A DNA stretch of 64,000 nucleotides from Vicinamibacteria bacterium (GCA_964291235.2 OZ219816.1:1856001-1920000); one strand, 5' to 3'; positions 18,185 to 28,796 are shown, numbered from the stretch's first letter. Notes: generated by a model from the letters alone, not told the origin. Translations and numbers: made by a program.

Positions 18185-19018
18185 CTACGGGGGTTCGGCG
18201 AGGAAGTCGGCGAGGGTCCACCAGTTCCGAGCGGCCTCACCGCCCGCGAAGCTCCCCGGGCCGAAGGCGAGCACCAGGTCGTAGATCTCGCTCCGGTGCT
18301 CCTGAACCGCCGCCGAGAGAAAGATGGCCGGAGCTCCTTCATTCAGGGTCGCGCAGCGGCCGACCTGCCACGCCACCTGGAACAGACCCGCCGCACCGGC
18401 GAGATTTCGCTCGAGAACCGCTTCGGCGAGGGGCACGATGTCCTCGATCGAAGCACAGCCCACGGCCCCGGTCAGGCCCAGGGAGTCCACCGGAAACCGG
18501 TCGAGCGTCGTGTCGAAGACAAGGGATTCGCCGCGGGAGAAGCGCGCGAACACCCGGTGTTCGCCATCCGCGGGCAACTCGGGCACGTTCGCGTCGAGGT
18601 CGGCCCCGCCGATCCGAAGCGTGGCGCCCGGAGAGAACATCAACTCACCCTCGGGCACGCTGATGCCGTCACCGTCGTAATCGCCGCGCCGGATCTGGTA
18701 GCGGAATTCCAGCCGGCCAACCTCGCTTCCGGTGAGGGCGGCAGGCTCGCTCGCCAGTCCGAGATCGAAGATCAGGAAGATCTCCCCCGTGGTCTCGATC
18801 TCCTCGCCGCTCGTGAGCGGCACCGAGAAGACGAGTTCCTCGCCGTCGAGATAGGTCCCGTTCGCCGCCGGCTCCGAGGCGATCTCCACCCGGTCGATCA
18901 GCGCGTTCGACGGCTCCGGGGGTTCGGGACCCGTCGGGCCTCCTTCCCCCTCCTCGCAGCCGGAGAGCAGCAAGCACCCGAGCGCCGCCGCGGACCAGGC
19001 GGCGGCCGCGCGGTTCAC
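18185..19018 (-). CDS. hypothetical lipoprotein
   Basis: Lipobox LLSGC, Pro-rich linker, beta-rich domain with GDYDGDGI; GTGA overlap with symporter stop. Confidence 0.72.
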   Translation of the reverse strand: MNRAAAAWSAAALGCLLLSGCEEGEGGPTGPEPPEPSNALIDRVEIASEPAANGTYLDGEELVFSVPLTSGEEIETTGEIFLIFDLGLASEPAALTGSEVGRLEFRYQIRRGDYDGDGISVPEGELMFSPGATLRIGGADLDANVPELPADGEHRVFARFSRGESLVFDTTLDRFPVDSLGLTGAVGCASIEDIVPLAEAVLERNLAGAAGLFQVAWQVGRCATLNEGAPAIFLSAAVQEHRSEIYDLVLAFGPGSFAGGEAARNWWTLADFLAEPP

Positions 19019-20544
19019 CGCAGCCTCGCCCAGCGCGCGGCCTCGTCCACCTGTTTCGCGCCCTCGGGATCCGGCCGGGTCAGCAGGCTGACGACGATGG
19101 CGGCGGCGAACCCGGCGGCAAACCCCACAACCATCTCGTAGAGCTGGAAGTACACCGGCTTGCCCCAGAGGAACCAGCCGACCGAGGTCCCGAATCCGGT
19201 CACCATGCCGGCGACCGCCCCGGGCAACGTCATTCGCCGCCAGAAGATGCCCAGGATCGCCACCGGCGCAAAGGCGCAGCCGAGCCCTGACCAGGAGAAG
19301 AGGACGAAGAAGAAGATGACCCGCACCTCGGGGAGCGCCACTCCGATGCCGACGACTCCGAGCACCAGGGTGACCGCCTTGCCGAAGCGGGCCAGACGCG
19401 CTTCATCGCCGGTTACCCGCGCCACGAAGCCGGAGATTCCGGAAGCCGCCGGATCCCGGTGGCGCGGTCCCAGAAGCTTTTCGAAGAAGTCGCGCACCAC
19501 CGCCGAGGAGGCGAGCAGCAGAACGGAGTCCGCCGTGGACATGATGGCCGCCAGAACCGCGGTCAGGAAAATACCGGTCACCACCGGCGGCATCAGATCC
19601 GAGGCCAGGAGCGGCAGGATGCCCTCCGGATCGGCGATCTGCGGATAGAGCACCCGCCCCGCCATCCCGGTGAGCACGGCCCCGAGATCGAACAGCACGA
19701 TCACGAATGCGGCCATGAACCCGCCGTCCGAGAGGGTGCGCCGATCCTTCGAGGCCATGAAGCGGACCAGAAGCTGGGGCGCTCCCAGGAAGGCGAGACC
19801 GATCCCCATGTGACTGATCACGTCGACGAATCCCTGGGTGCTGGCGCCCGAGGACCCGAGCGGCCGCAGGAGGCCGGGATCCGCGCTCGCCAGCCGCTCC
19901 GCCAGGACCGAGAAACCGCCGATCTCGTGGATCGCGACGACCGGCAGCGCCACGAGCGCCGCGGCCATCAGCGTCGCCTGGATGAGGTCACTCCAGGCGA
20001 CCGCCTTCAGCCCGCCGAAACTCGTGTAGAAGAGGATGACGACGGCGCCGAGGATCACCCCGACCTCATAGGGGATCCCGAGGAACGACTCGAACGTCTT
20101 GCCCGATCCGGTGAGCTGGGCCGCCATGTAGGTGCCCGCCATCACCAGGATCACGACCGATCCGAGGATGCGGAGGATCTGCCGCCGGTCGCCGAAGCGC
20201 TGCTCCATCCAGTCGGCAACCGTGATGGCCTGGTACCGGTCGGCGAGCGCCTTGAAACGCGGGCCGATGAAGGCCCAGGCCACCGCGGTAGCGAGCACCT
20301 CGCCGAAGACGATCCAGAGCGCGTTGACCCCGAGGAGGTAGCCCATGCCGGTGAGGCCCAGCAGCAGCCAGGCGCTCTCGCCGGTGCTCGCCGCCGAAAA
20401 GCCGACTACGGCCGCCGGGAGCTTCCGGCCAGCCAGGTAGTACCCGGCGAGGTCTCGCGTGCTGCGGGAACTCCAGATCGCCAGCCCGAAGAGAATGGAG
20501 AGATAGGAAACGAGGACCGCCCAAAGGGGCCAGTTCTCCGCCAT
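19015..20544 (-). CDS. sodium:solute symporter, PutP-like
   Basis: YYLAGRKL, SAWLLLGLTG, YTSFGGLKAVAWSD, PQLLVRFMA, AAIMSTADS. Confidence 0.92.
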   Translation of the reverse strand: MAENWPLWAVLVSYLSILFGLAIWSSRSTRDLAGYYLAGRKLPAAVVGFSAASTGESAWLLLGLTGMGYLLGVNALWIVFGEVLATAVAWAFIGPRFKALADRYQAITVADWMEQRFGDRRQILRILGSVVILVMAGTYMAAQLTGSGKTFESFLGIPYEVGVILGAVVILFYTSFGGLKAVAWSDLIQATLMAAALVALPVVAIHEIGGFSVLAERLASADPGLLRPLGSSGASTQGFVDVISHMGIGLAFLGAPQLLVRFMASKDRRTLSDGGFMAAFVIVLFDLGAVLTGMAGRVLYPQIADPEGILPLLASDLMPPVVTGIFLTAVLAAIMSTADSVLLLASSAVVRDFFEKLLGPRHRDPAASGISGFVARVTGDEARLARFGKAVTLVLGVVGIGVALPEVRVIFFFVLFSWSGLGCAFAPVAILGIFWRRMTLPGAVAGMVTGFGTSVGWFLWGKPVYFQLYEMVVGFAAGFAAAIVVSLLTRPDPEGAKQVDEAARWARLR

Positions 20545-20556
20545 GGCAGCTCGCCG

Positions 20557-20664
20557 TCAGCGGCCGGCCCGCCGGCCGCGGGCGGCGTTCCAGATGGCGA
20601 GCGTCATGCCGGGCACCACTGCGAAGACCAGCAGGACCCAAGCCGCCGCCGGAAACCCGTTCAT
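20557..20664 (-). CDS. 35-aa single-pass membrane peptide (not in ORF track)
   Basis: MNGFPAAAWVLLVFAVVPGMTLAIWNAARGRRAGR; ATGA overlap with amidohydrolase stop, ends 12 nt before symporter ATG. Confidence 0.65.
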   Translation of the reverse strand: MNGFPAAAWVLLVFAVVPGMTLAIWNAARGRRAGR

Positions 20665-23600
20665 TCGGAACCACCAGGCCGGATGGGCCGGTCGTCGGTT
20701 CGGTACATGTCCTCGTTCAGCCAGGGATAGCCCCCGTAGGGCCTCGCGTCCGGCCAGACCTCGTCCAACGTGTCGCCGTCGTAGATCCGGCCGTCCTTCA
20801 CCACGAAGCGGATGGCGGTGGTGGCGCGGATGTCCTCGAGCGGGTTCTCATCGAGCACCACCAGATCGGCGAGCTTGCCGTCCTCGATGGTCCCGAGTTC
20901 GTGCTCGAGCCCGAGGAAGGCCGCGCCCTGCCGGGTCGCGAGGTCGAGGGCGCCGAGCGGTCCCATCGCCGCCTCCGCCATCCAGATCTCCCAGTGCGAG
21001 CCGATGCCGTGGTGCTGGCCGTGGGCGCCGATGGCCCCCGCCCCCCCCTCGTCGATGATGTCCTGAAGCCCCTGGGCGAGCAGCGGGAAGCTGTAATCGG
21101 TCGCGGGGCGCAGCGGACGGCGCCGGGTGTGCGGGATCAGCATCCGCCAGGGGAGCCAGCGCTGCTGCTTGGGATCCTGCCAGTTCGGCGTCTCCTGCCA
21201 GAAGAACTCCTCGTTCCAGGCCGCCGGGCCCCCGACCACGAAGGTGATCGAATAGACCGTCTTGGTGCGCCCGAAGAACTTGGCGGCGTCCTCGTAGAGC
21301 GGGACGTAGGTGAGCGGGTGTTCCCAGCCGGTCTGACCGTCGAGAATCAGCCCCACGTTGTACACCAGGCTGCCCCCCTCACCGGTGACCATGAGGTCGC
21401 GCTCGCGGGAGATCTCGGCGATCCACTGGCGCTGGTCGCGCCGGGGCTGCATGTAGGACTTGATCGCGGTGGCGCCCCAGGAAGTGAGGCGCTCGACGTT
21501 GTGCTCGGCGTCCTCATAGCTCCGGATGTCGTTTTGGCGCGAACCGTCGCCGTTGTACATCGGATCCCCGGTGCTGAACATGCGCGGGCCGACCATTTCA
21601 CCGGCCTCCACGAGTTCGGCCGCCGAAAAGATGTTCTGGGACCACTGCGAGTTGTCGAGGGTGGTGGTCATCCCGTAGGCGAGGTAAATGCCGGCTTCCC
21701 AGTTGCGGCGCGGCAACACCCCGGTGTGGTCCCGGTGATGGTGGGCGTGCATGTCGATGAGCCCGGGGATGATCGTCTTCCCCGACACGTCCACCACCCG
21801 GTCCTCGTCGGTCCAGACGCAGTCACCGACGCAGACGATCCGGCCGTCCGAGATGCGGACGACGCCCGCCTCGAGGGTCCCCTTCTCGCCAAGCGTGACG
21901 ATCCGGGCGCCGGTCAGCACCGCACCTCCCTTCGCGCGCTGGCGCGGCAGCTCGAGGCTCACCTCGTGGTGCGTGGTCTCCTTGCCGTCCGGATCGTAGG
22001 TGGTGATCCGGGGACCGCTGCCCAGGTAGAGCAACCCGTCCGGCGTCCAGCGCGGGAACATCCCGCCGTCCCTGGTGATGGTGCGGATCGGCAGGGAAGC
22101 ACTCCGCCGCTCGATGTGCGGGGCCTCCATGCCGGCGCCCGGCCAGGGGAGCGCCGTGAGATACACGTTGTCGCCCTCGGCGAAAGCGACCCAGCGTCCG
22201 TCCGGAGACGGGGCTGCTTCGTCCGCGAAGGGGAAGGTCAGGTGGACCCGGCGGTCGGATCCGTCTGGTTTCACCGAGACCAGCCGGGTCACGTCCTCGC
22301 GGCTTCCGCCGCGCTCCCAACTGTCCTGCTCGGGGAAGAACAGGCGGCCGTCGGGGCCGAACGAAGGCGCGACGATCTGCCGGCGCGGCATGAGGGGCCG
22401 GCCCGCGTTGAACGGACGGAGCGTCTTCGCGATGAGAGTGGCTTCGCCGCCCTCGGCCGGAATCCGGACCAGGTCGTAGCGGAGATTCTGCGACCAGGAC
22501 CGCCCGCGCGCGGGGGCGCCGGTGCCGCGGGCCACCACGATCCCGCTCCCGTCCGGGGTCCAGACCGGGTGGATGTACTCGGATGGGGTTTGGGTAAGCC
22601 GCGAGGGCGCGCCGCCCGTCGCCGGAACCGTCAGGAGGTGCCCGTCGGTGTCGTCCCAGGAGGTGTAGGCGACGGTGGCGCCGTCGGGCGAGAACGCCGG
22701 CGACAGCTCGTAAGCGGGATCGTCGCCCTCCACCAGCCGCTCGGGAGTGCCGTCCGGAAGCGTCATCCGATAGAGCCGCCCGGCCGCGTGGAAGACCGCC
22801 ACCGAACCGTCCGGCGAAACGGCGGGCCAGCGGATCATCCGCGCCCGGAAGGTGTCGCCGGAAATGTCGAACCTGGCTCTGGCCTGTTCGGAGACTCGCC
22901 GGCGGACCTCGGCCACGAACCCCACCTCCGCGGTGTCCCCGCTCGCGGCGTCCACCTTGACGATCCGGCCGCCACGGAGCACGTAGAGCGCCGCGCTGTC
23001 GGGAGTCCAGGAATAACCGGGGAGGACGCGTTCGGTCTTCATCCCCTCGGCGGTGTCCGTCTCGATGGGATCGGCGAGCAGGCGCTCGGCTCCGGTGTGG
23101 AGATCACGCAGGAAGAGCGCCGTGCGGGGGCCGAAGCGGTGGCCCTTGAACGAGATCGTGCCGCCGGGAATCCGGCGGGCGAAGGCGAGCCAGCGGCCGT
23201 CCGGAGAGGGCTCGGGCGCGATGGCGCCCCCGCTCGATCCCTGGTACTGCTGCTGGGACTCTCCCTCGGTCACGTCATAGACCTTGCCGGTCTCGAGGTC
23301 GAGTTCCCGGATCTGCATCGCCCCCCGGACCAGATCCCGCTCGGAAGAGGGAGCGAAGTGGAAGTAAAGGGTTCCGTTCGCCGATGGCGCGGGCCAGCCG
23401 GCGCGCCCGTAGTCCGCCCCGTCCACGAGTTCCACCCCGCTCCCGCCATCCGGATGGAAGAGGTAAAGCCCGGACCGGCGGGGCCGGGACAGCGTGGACC
23501 AGCGGGCCACGATCCCCTGCCCGTTCGGGAGCCAGGCGGGGGTGGCGACCCTCGATTCGGGATCCTGGTGGACCGCCCGCGGATTGCCGCCGTCCGCGTC

Positions 23601-23987
23601 CATGAGCCAGAGGTTCGACTGTCCACCACGGTCGGAGACGAAGGCGATCGTCTCGCCGTCGGGCGACCAGCGCGGGTGGTAGTTGACCGCCACCCCGCTG
23701 TCCTGGGTGAGGCACTCGGCCCGCCCGCCGGCGATGGGCATCCGGTAGATGTGTCCGAGCAGGTCGAAGACGAGGGCACTGCCGTCCGGAGACACGTCGA
23801 GCGACATGAAGGTGCCCTCCGAGGTCTCGAAGACGAGGTCGTAGGCGTCGCCGCGGGCAAGCGTGGTGTCCCAGCCCGAATCGTCCGTGCGGCCGCCCCG
23901 CTGGGCAGCGGCTGCGGGCGCGATCAGAGCGAAGGCGGCGAACAGGGTCAGGCTGCGTCGCAGCGGGGACGGAACGGGGTTCCTCAT
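20661..23987 (-). CDS. secreted amidohydrolase with TolB/PD40 beta-propeller domains
   Basis: Signal peptide, repeated SPDG motifs, IPGLIDMHAH, GWEH, IGAHG, GTIEDGKLADLVVLD. Confidence 0.9.
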   Translation of the reverse strand: MRNPVPSPLRRSLTLFAAFALIAPAAAAQRGGRTDDSGWDTTLARGDAYDLVFETSEGTFMSLDVSPDGSALVFDLLGHIYRMPIAGGRAECLTQDSGVAVNYHPRWSPDGETIAFVSDRGGQSNLWLMDADGGNPRAVHQDPESRVATPAWLPNGQGIVARWSTLSRPRRSGLYLFHPDGGSGVELVDGADYGRAGWPAPSANGTLYFHFAPSSERDLVRGAMQIRELDLETGKVYDVTEGESQQQYQGSSGGAIAPEPSPDGRWLAFARRIPGGTISFKGHRFGPRTALFLRDLHTGAERLLADPIETDTAEGMKTERVLPGYSWTPDSAALYVLRGGRIVKVDAASGDTAEVGFVAEVRRRVSEQARARFDISGDTFRARMIRWPAVSPDGSVAVFHAAGRLYRMTLPDGTPERLVEGDDPAYELSPAFSPDGATVAYTSWDDTDGHLLTVPATGGAPSRLTQTPSEYIHPVWTPDGSGIVVARGTGAPARGRSWSQNLRYDLVRIPAEGGEATLIAKTLRPFNAGRPLMPRRQIVAPSFGPDGRLFFPEQDSWERGGSREDVTRLVSVKPDGSDRRVHLTFPFADEAAPSPDGRWVAFAEGDNVYLTALPWPGAGMEAPHIERRSASLPIRTITRDGGMFPRWTPDGLLYLGSGPRITTYDPDGKETTHHEVSLELPRQRAKGGAVLTGARIVTLGEKGTLEAGVVRISDGRIVCVGDCVWTDEDRVVDVSGKTIIPGLIDMHAHHHRDHTGVLPRRNWEAGIYLAYGMTTTLDNSQWSQNIFSAAELVEAGEMVGPRMFSTGDPMYNGDGSRQNDIRSYEDAEHNVERLTSWGATAIKSYMQPRRDQRQWIAEISRERDLMVTGEGGSLVYNVGLILDGQTGWEHPLTYVPLYEDAAKFFGRTKTVYSITFVVGGPAAWNEEFFWQETPNWQDPKQQRWLPWRMLIPHTRRRPLRPATDYSFPLLAQGLQDIIDEGGAGAIGAHGQHHGIGSHWEIWMAEAAMGPLGALDLATRQGAAFLGLEHELGTIEDGKLADLVVLDENPLEDIRATTAIRFVVKDGRIYDGDTLDEVWPDARPYGGYPWLNEDMYRTDDRPIRPGGSE

Positions 23988-24052
23988 CGGGATCTCCTCC
24001 GGACTCGGCTCCCCGAAGAGGCGGGAAGCCGGGCCGCATAATAACGGCGCTC

Positions 24053-25066
24053 ATGGCCCCGTCCCCCGTCTCTCCGGAAGCGGAGACCCGAGACCCGGGA
24101 TCGCCGGCCGGCGCTGCCGCCGCGATCCAGCCCCCCCGCTGGCCGGACGCGGTAGCGGCCGCCGAACGGCTCCGGCGGGTGTTTCCGGCGAGTCCCCTGC
24201 TGTCCGCGGATGCCGCTCTCGGAGATCGACTGCTCCTGAAGGCGGACACGCTGCTCCCCACCGGATCCTTCAAGGTGCGCGGAATCTGGGACGCGGTCTC
24301 CCAACTGGACGAGGACCGGCTGACGTCCGGGCTCTCCACCGTCAGCGCCGGAAACACGGCGCTCGCCCTCGCCTGGGCGGCGCGCCGGCGCGGAGTTGCG
24401 GCGTTCTCGTTGCTGCCGGAAACTGCGCCGACGGCGAAAGTCGAGGCGTTCCGGGAAGCCGGGGGGACGCCGCGTCTCGTGACCGTCCCGGAACTGTTCC
24501 GCTTCCTCAAGGAGCACCTCTGGGAGGGGGAGCCCTACGTCTTCGTCCATCCGTGGACCTGTCCCCTGGTCCACCGCGGGCACTCGAGCCTCGCGGTCGA
24601 GATCCTGGACGCGGCACCGGAGGTCGAGTCCGTCTTCATTCCGGTGGGCGGCGGTGGCCTGCTGACCGGGGTTGCCGGCGCGCTCAAGGATCGCCGCCCG
24701 GAAATCCGCATCTTCGCCGTGGAACCGGCGGGCTGCGCCGCGCTCCATCACAGCCTTCAGGCCGGGCGGGCGGTTTCGGCGCCGTGCGAAACGGTGTGCG
24801 ACGGCGCCGCCGTCCCCTACCTCACCGAAGAGCTCTACCCGGCGCTGGCGAGCCTCGTGGACCGGACGGTACTGGTGCCGGACGAACGAACGCTCGCCAC
24901 CTCCCGGCATCTACTGCTCGGCCAGAAAGTCGTCACCGAGCCGTCCGGGGCGCTCGCCACCGCCGCCGTTTCGATGGTGCCGGCCGAAGAGCGTGGTCTG
25001 AGCGTCGCCCTCCTCACCGGCGCCAGCGTCGGCTCGCTGGGGATCCGACGCCTCCTGGACGTCTAG
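24053..25066 (+). CDS. PLP-dependent threonine/serine dehydratase family enzyme
   Basis: PTGSFKVRG (PLP Lys), SAGN, PVGGGGL, EPSGA. Confidence 0.88.
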   Translation: MAPSPVSPEAETRDPGSPAGAAAAIQPPRWPDAVAAAERLRRVFPASPLLSADAALGDRLLLKADTLLPTGSFKVRGIWDAVSQLDEDRLTSGLSTVSAGNTALALAWAARRRGVAAFSLLPETAPTAKVEAFREAGGTPRLVTVPELFRFLKEHLWEGEPYVFVHPWTCPLVHRGHSSLAVEILDAAPEVESVFIPVGGGGLLTGVAGALKDRRPEIRIFAVEPAGCAALHHSLQAGRAVSAPCETVCDGAAVPYLTEELYPALASLVDRTVLVPDERTLATSRHLLLGQKVVTEPSGALATAAVSMVPAEERGLSVALLTGASVGSLGIRRLLDV

Positions 25067-25164
25067 ATGGGAAAGATCACAGCGTGGCTCTAGGATTCCC
25101 GCCGATGAGCGGTGCGGTTCACTTCCATTTCGCCGAGGATCAACCCTGAGGAGCGACGGGACAC

Positions 25165-25971
25165 ATGGGCTTTTGGGGCACGCTGATCGGCGGCACGCTC
25201 GGATGGACCCTCGGCGGTCCGCTCGGAGCCATGCTGGGCGCCGCCATCGGCTCCAGCATGTCGGGCCAGGCCCGCGTCCACTCCTATCCGGGGCAGCGAC
25301 CCGGCGCACCGCCGCCGCCACCGGGGAACCACCACGAGCAACGCCGCGTCGCGTTCTTCGTCGCCACTTTCGGGGTGATGGGCCACATCGCGAAGGCGGA
25401 CGGCCACGTCAGCGAGGAAGAAGCTCAGCTCGCCCGCGACGTCATGACCGGACTCGGGCTCGATGCCCAGGACCGCAACCTGGCAACCCGCATCTTCAGC
25501 GAGGGGAAGTCACCGCGTTTTTCGCTGGACGACGCGCTCGGCCAGCTTGTCCAGGTGGCGGGCCGGCGCCGCAATCTGCTCCGCGCCTTCGTGGAGATCC
25601 AGTTCAAGGCCGCCTGGGCCGACGGCAGCATGCATCCCGAAGAGCGCCGGATTCTGGATCACATCGGGGCAGTTCTTGGCTTTTCGCGCGCCGAGATGGC
25701 GCAGATGGAACGGGTCGCGACCGCGGGTATGGCGCCCCGGCGGGCCAGCCCGGAGGAAAAGCTCAAGGAGGCCTACGGAGTCCTCGGCGCCGAGCGGGCG
25801 GCGAGCGACGACGAAATCCGATCCACCTACCGCCGGCTCATGCGGCAGCACCATCCCGACCGGCTGGCGGCGCAGGGCCTGCCGGAGGAGATGAAGGAAG
25901 AGGCCACGAAGCGGACGCAGGAGATCCAGAAGGCCTACCAGACGATCCGGGAAGCGCGCCGCGCAGCCTGA
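25165..25971 (+). CDS. djlA: co-chaperone DjlA (TM anchor, TerB-like and C-terminal J domain)
   Basis: GGPLGAMLG anchor, AKADGHVSEEE, AWADG, HHPDRL J-domain; GAGGAG RBS. Confidence 0.93.
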   Translation: MGFWGTLIGGTLGWTLGGPLGAMLGAAIGSSMSGQARVHSYPGQRPGAPPPPPGNHHEQRRVAFFVATFGVMGHIAKADGHVSEEEAQLARDVMTGLGLDAQDRNLATRIFSEGKSPRFSLDDALGQLVQVAGRRRNLLRAFVEIQFKAAWADGSMHPEERRILDHIGAVLGFSRAEMAQMERVATAGMAPRRASPEEKLKEAYGVLGAERAASDDEIRSTYRRLMRQHHPDRLAAQGLPEEMKEEATKRTQEIQKAYQTIREARRAA

Positions 25972-25995
25972 CGACGCCCCGGCATCCCCGTCCTT

Positions 25996-26454
25996 GGAGC
26001 GCCAGCCTCCGGCTGGCATCGCCCGCGCAGCGGGCGAAACTCCCCAACCTGATCCGCCAGGATGGCGCCGCCCCCCGACGGCATGGCGATGCGCCGTCCC
26101 CGTTTAGGTTGCCGCTATCAAGGCTGATTGAGTCTGGGAGTTTCGCGGCCGGAGGCCGCGATGCCGGCCGGAGGCCGGCGCTCCTATGCGGCGGTGTGAC
26201 GATGCGCCGTCCTCGTCTAGGTCGGCACCATCAAGGGCGATTAAGTCTGGGAGTTTCGCGGCCAGCGGCCGCGATGCCGGCCGGAGGCCGGCGCTCCTAT
26301 GCGGCGGTATGACGATGCAACGTCCTCGTTTAGGTCGGCGCCATCGGGGACGATTGAGTCTGGGAGTTTCGCGGCCCTGCGGCCGCGATGCCGGCCAGAG
26401 GCCGGCGCACCTTGCCGGCGCTCCTGTGCCGGCGCTCCTATGCTTGCGCTCCTA
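25996..26454. repeat. REP cluster: one forward unit, three 113-bp tandem reverse units and three 14-bp tail repeats
   Basis: GATT(G/A)AGTCTGGGAGTTTCGCGGCC at 26126, 26239, 26352 (period 113); TGCCGGCGCTCCT-like at 26413, 26427, 26441 (period 14). Confidence 0.92.
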
Positions 26455-28491
26455 ACGAATGAGCGGGGCGATGACGAGCGCTACCACCGACATCAGCTTG
26501 ATGAGGATGTTGATGGCCGGACCAGCGGTGTCCTTGAAGGGATCGCCGACGGTGTCGCCAACGACCGCCGCCTTGTGCGCCTCGCTGCCCTTGCCGCCGT
26601 GCTCGCCGCCCTCGATGTACTTCTTGGCGTTATCCCAGGCGCCGCCCGCGTTCGCCATGAAGATGGCGAGCAGGACGCCCGACACCAGGGCTCCGGCGAG
26701 CAAACCCGCCAGGAAGTTCTTGTCGATGAATCCGGCGACCACCGGAATCAGCACCGCCATCAGGCCCGGCGCCACCATCCGCCGGAGCGCCGCCGCGGTA
26801 GCGATGTCCACGCAGCGGGCGTTATCGGCCTTGGCGCCGGGGGCGCCCTCGAGCAGCCCCGGAATCTCGCGGAACTGCCGCCGGACTTCCTTGATCATGT
26901 CGAAGGCCGCCTCTCCCACCGCCTGCATGGCGATCGAGGAGAAGAGGAAGGGCACCATCCCGCCAATCAGCAGGCCGGCGAGGACCACCGGGTTGCCGAG
27001 CGAGAGACCGAGTGCGCCGACCCCCGCCTGCTGCTGGAAGGCCGACATCAGCGCCATCGCCGCGAGGGCCGCCGAACCGATCGCGAAACCCTTGCCGATC
27101 GCGGCAGTGGTGTTCCCCACCGCATCCAGCTTGTCGGTGCGCTGGCGCACCTCGGGGGGGAGTTCGCTCATCTCGGCGATCCCACCGGCGTTGTCGGCGA
27201 TGGGGCCATAGGCGTCCACCGCCAACTGGATACCGACCGTAGCGAGCATCCCGAGGCCGGCAAGCGCAATCCCGTAGAGGCCGGCCAGTTCGTAGCCGAT
27301 CGTGATGGCCGCGGCGATCAGCAGCAGCGGGAACGCCGTGGACCGCATGCCGAGCGCCAGCCCGGCGATGATGTTGGTCGCCGCGCCGGTATTCGATGCC
27401 TGGGCGACGGCCTGCGCGGGCTTCCGCGCGTCCGAGGTGTAGTACTCGGTGATCAGGCCGATCGCGGCCCCCACCGCCAGTCCGGTCACGAGGCAACCGT
27501 AGAGCGCCCCCTGCGCCTCGGGCGCCAACTGGCCGATCACCGGCCAGGCGATCACCAGCATGAGCACTCCGGCCCCGAGCGTCCCCAGGTTGAGAGCCGT
27601 CTGCGGATTTCCTCCCTCGCGGGTTCTCACCGCAAACGTCCCGAGGATGCTGGCTGCGATACCGAACCCGGCGAGGACCATCGGGAGCATCACGTAACGG
27701 AGCGGGTCGGCGCCCGGGATGGACTCCGCAAACGCCACCCCGAGCACCATGCCGCCGATGATGGCTCCTACATAGGACTCGAAGAGGTCGGCCCCCATGC
27801 CGCAGACATCACCGACGTTGTCACCCACGTTGTCCGCGATCACCGCCGGATTCCGCGGATCATCCTCCGGAATCCCGGCTTCGACCTTGCCGACCAGATC
27901 CGCCCCCACGTCGGCCGACTTGGTGTAGATGCCCCCGCCCACTCGGGCGAAGAGCGCGATGGAAGAGGCGCCGAGACTGAATCCCGCCAAGACCTGCAGC
28001 ACCTGCCCGAGCGGTTCGGCGCTCTCTACGAATACAACACGCGTGTAGAAGAGAAACAGCCCCGAAAGACCCAGGATCCCCAGCCCGACCACGGACATCC
28101 CCATCACCGACCCGCCGGCGAAGGCGACGCGCAGCGCCGGCGCGATCGAGTTCCGGGCGGCGTTCGCGGTGCGGACGTTCGCCGCGGTGGCGACCCGCAT
28201 GCCGAACCAGCCGGCTAGCGCGGAGCAGAGCGCGCCGATGAGGAAGGAGAGGCCGACGAGTTCGGTGCCGCCCCCGAGGTTCGCCACGTAGAGCAGCACG
28301 GCGACCACCACCGCGAACACGGCGAGCACCGAATACTCGCGGCGCAGAAAGGCCATCGCTCCCTCGCGGATGGCGGCGGCGATCTCAACCATCCGCTCGG
28401 TGCCGGCGTCCTGCCGGCTGACGAACCGCGCCCGGTTCAGGGCGAAGAGCAGCGCCACCGCGCCGAACGCGGGGGTCAGATAGAGGAACAT
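26452..28491 (-). CDS. hppA: membrane-bound pyrophosphatase, K+-dependent type (probably Na+-translocating)
   Basis: [48 protein letters not shown] (Ala at the K+-dependence site), [10 protein letters not shown]; alternative GTG at 28497. Confidence 0.95.
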   Translation of the reverse strand: MFLYLTPAFGAVALLFALNRARFVSRQDAGTERMVEIAAAIREGAMAFLRREYSVLAVFAVVVAVLLYVANLGGGTELVGLSFLIGALCSALAGWFGMRVATAANVRTANAARNSIAPALRVAFAGGSVMGMSVVGLGILGLSGLFLFYTRVVFVESAEPLGQVLQVLAGFSLGASSIALFARVGGGIYTKSADVGADLVGKVEAGIPEDDPRNPAVIADNVGDNVGDVCGMGADLFESYVGAIIGGMVLGVAFAESIPGADPLRYVMLPMVLAGFGIAASILGTFAVRTREGGNPQTALNLGTLGAGVLMLVIAWPVIGQLAPEAQGALYGCLVTGLAVGAAIGLITEYYTSDARKPAQAVAQASNTGAATNIIAGLALGMRSTAFPLLLIAAAITIGYELAGLYGIALAGLGMLATVGIQLAVDAYGPIADNAGGIAEMSELPPEVRQRTDKLDAVGNTTAAIGKGFAIGSAALAAMALMSAFQQQAGVGALGLSLGNPVVLAGLLIGGMVPFLFSSIAMQAVGEAAFDMIKEVRRQFREIPGLLEGAPGAKADNARCVDIATAAALRRMVAPGLMAVLIPVVAGFIDKNFLAGLLAGALVSGVLLAIFMANAGGAWDNAKKYIEGGEHGGKGSEAHKAAVVGDTVGDPFKDTAGPAINILIKLMSVVALVIAPLIR

Positions 28492-28796
28492 GTCCACGGG
28501 GCAGGATCTCCAGTTGGTTATAGGGCCGGTTCTCGGCTTCTTGCCGGTGCTCGGAACCCAGCCTGAGGCGGGAGCCGCGAGTACGCGCTATCCCGCTCGG
28601 CGAAAACCGAAGCGATCCGCCGGTCTGCAGGACCGCCGGGAGCAAGGCGGCGGGAACGGCGAAAACGCTCGCCGTCAGGCCGGAGAACCCGCTCCGAACC
28701 CCTTTCCCGCTCTGCCGGAAGCCCGCAATTTTACCAAAGCGGGCGCATTGGAGGCTGTTAGACTCGGTTCCCGGCGCGCGGCCAGAAAACCTTCTC

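Noticed and set aside
20901-24041. 1046-aa plus-strand ORF (likewise 57430..59931, 26299..28218, 44849..46666, 8836..10728)
   Set aside because: Antisense shadows of well-supported genes, expected in GC-rich DNA; no motifs
26087-26411. CRISPR array
   Set aside because: Whole 113-bp units are homologous, so there are no unique spacers; no cas genes; the unit recurs as a dispersed REP element
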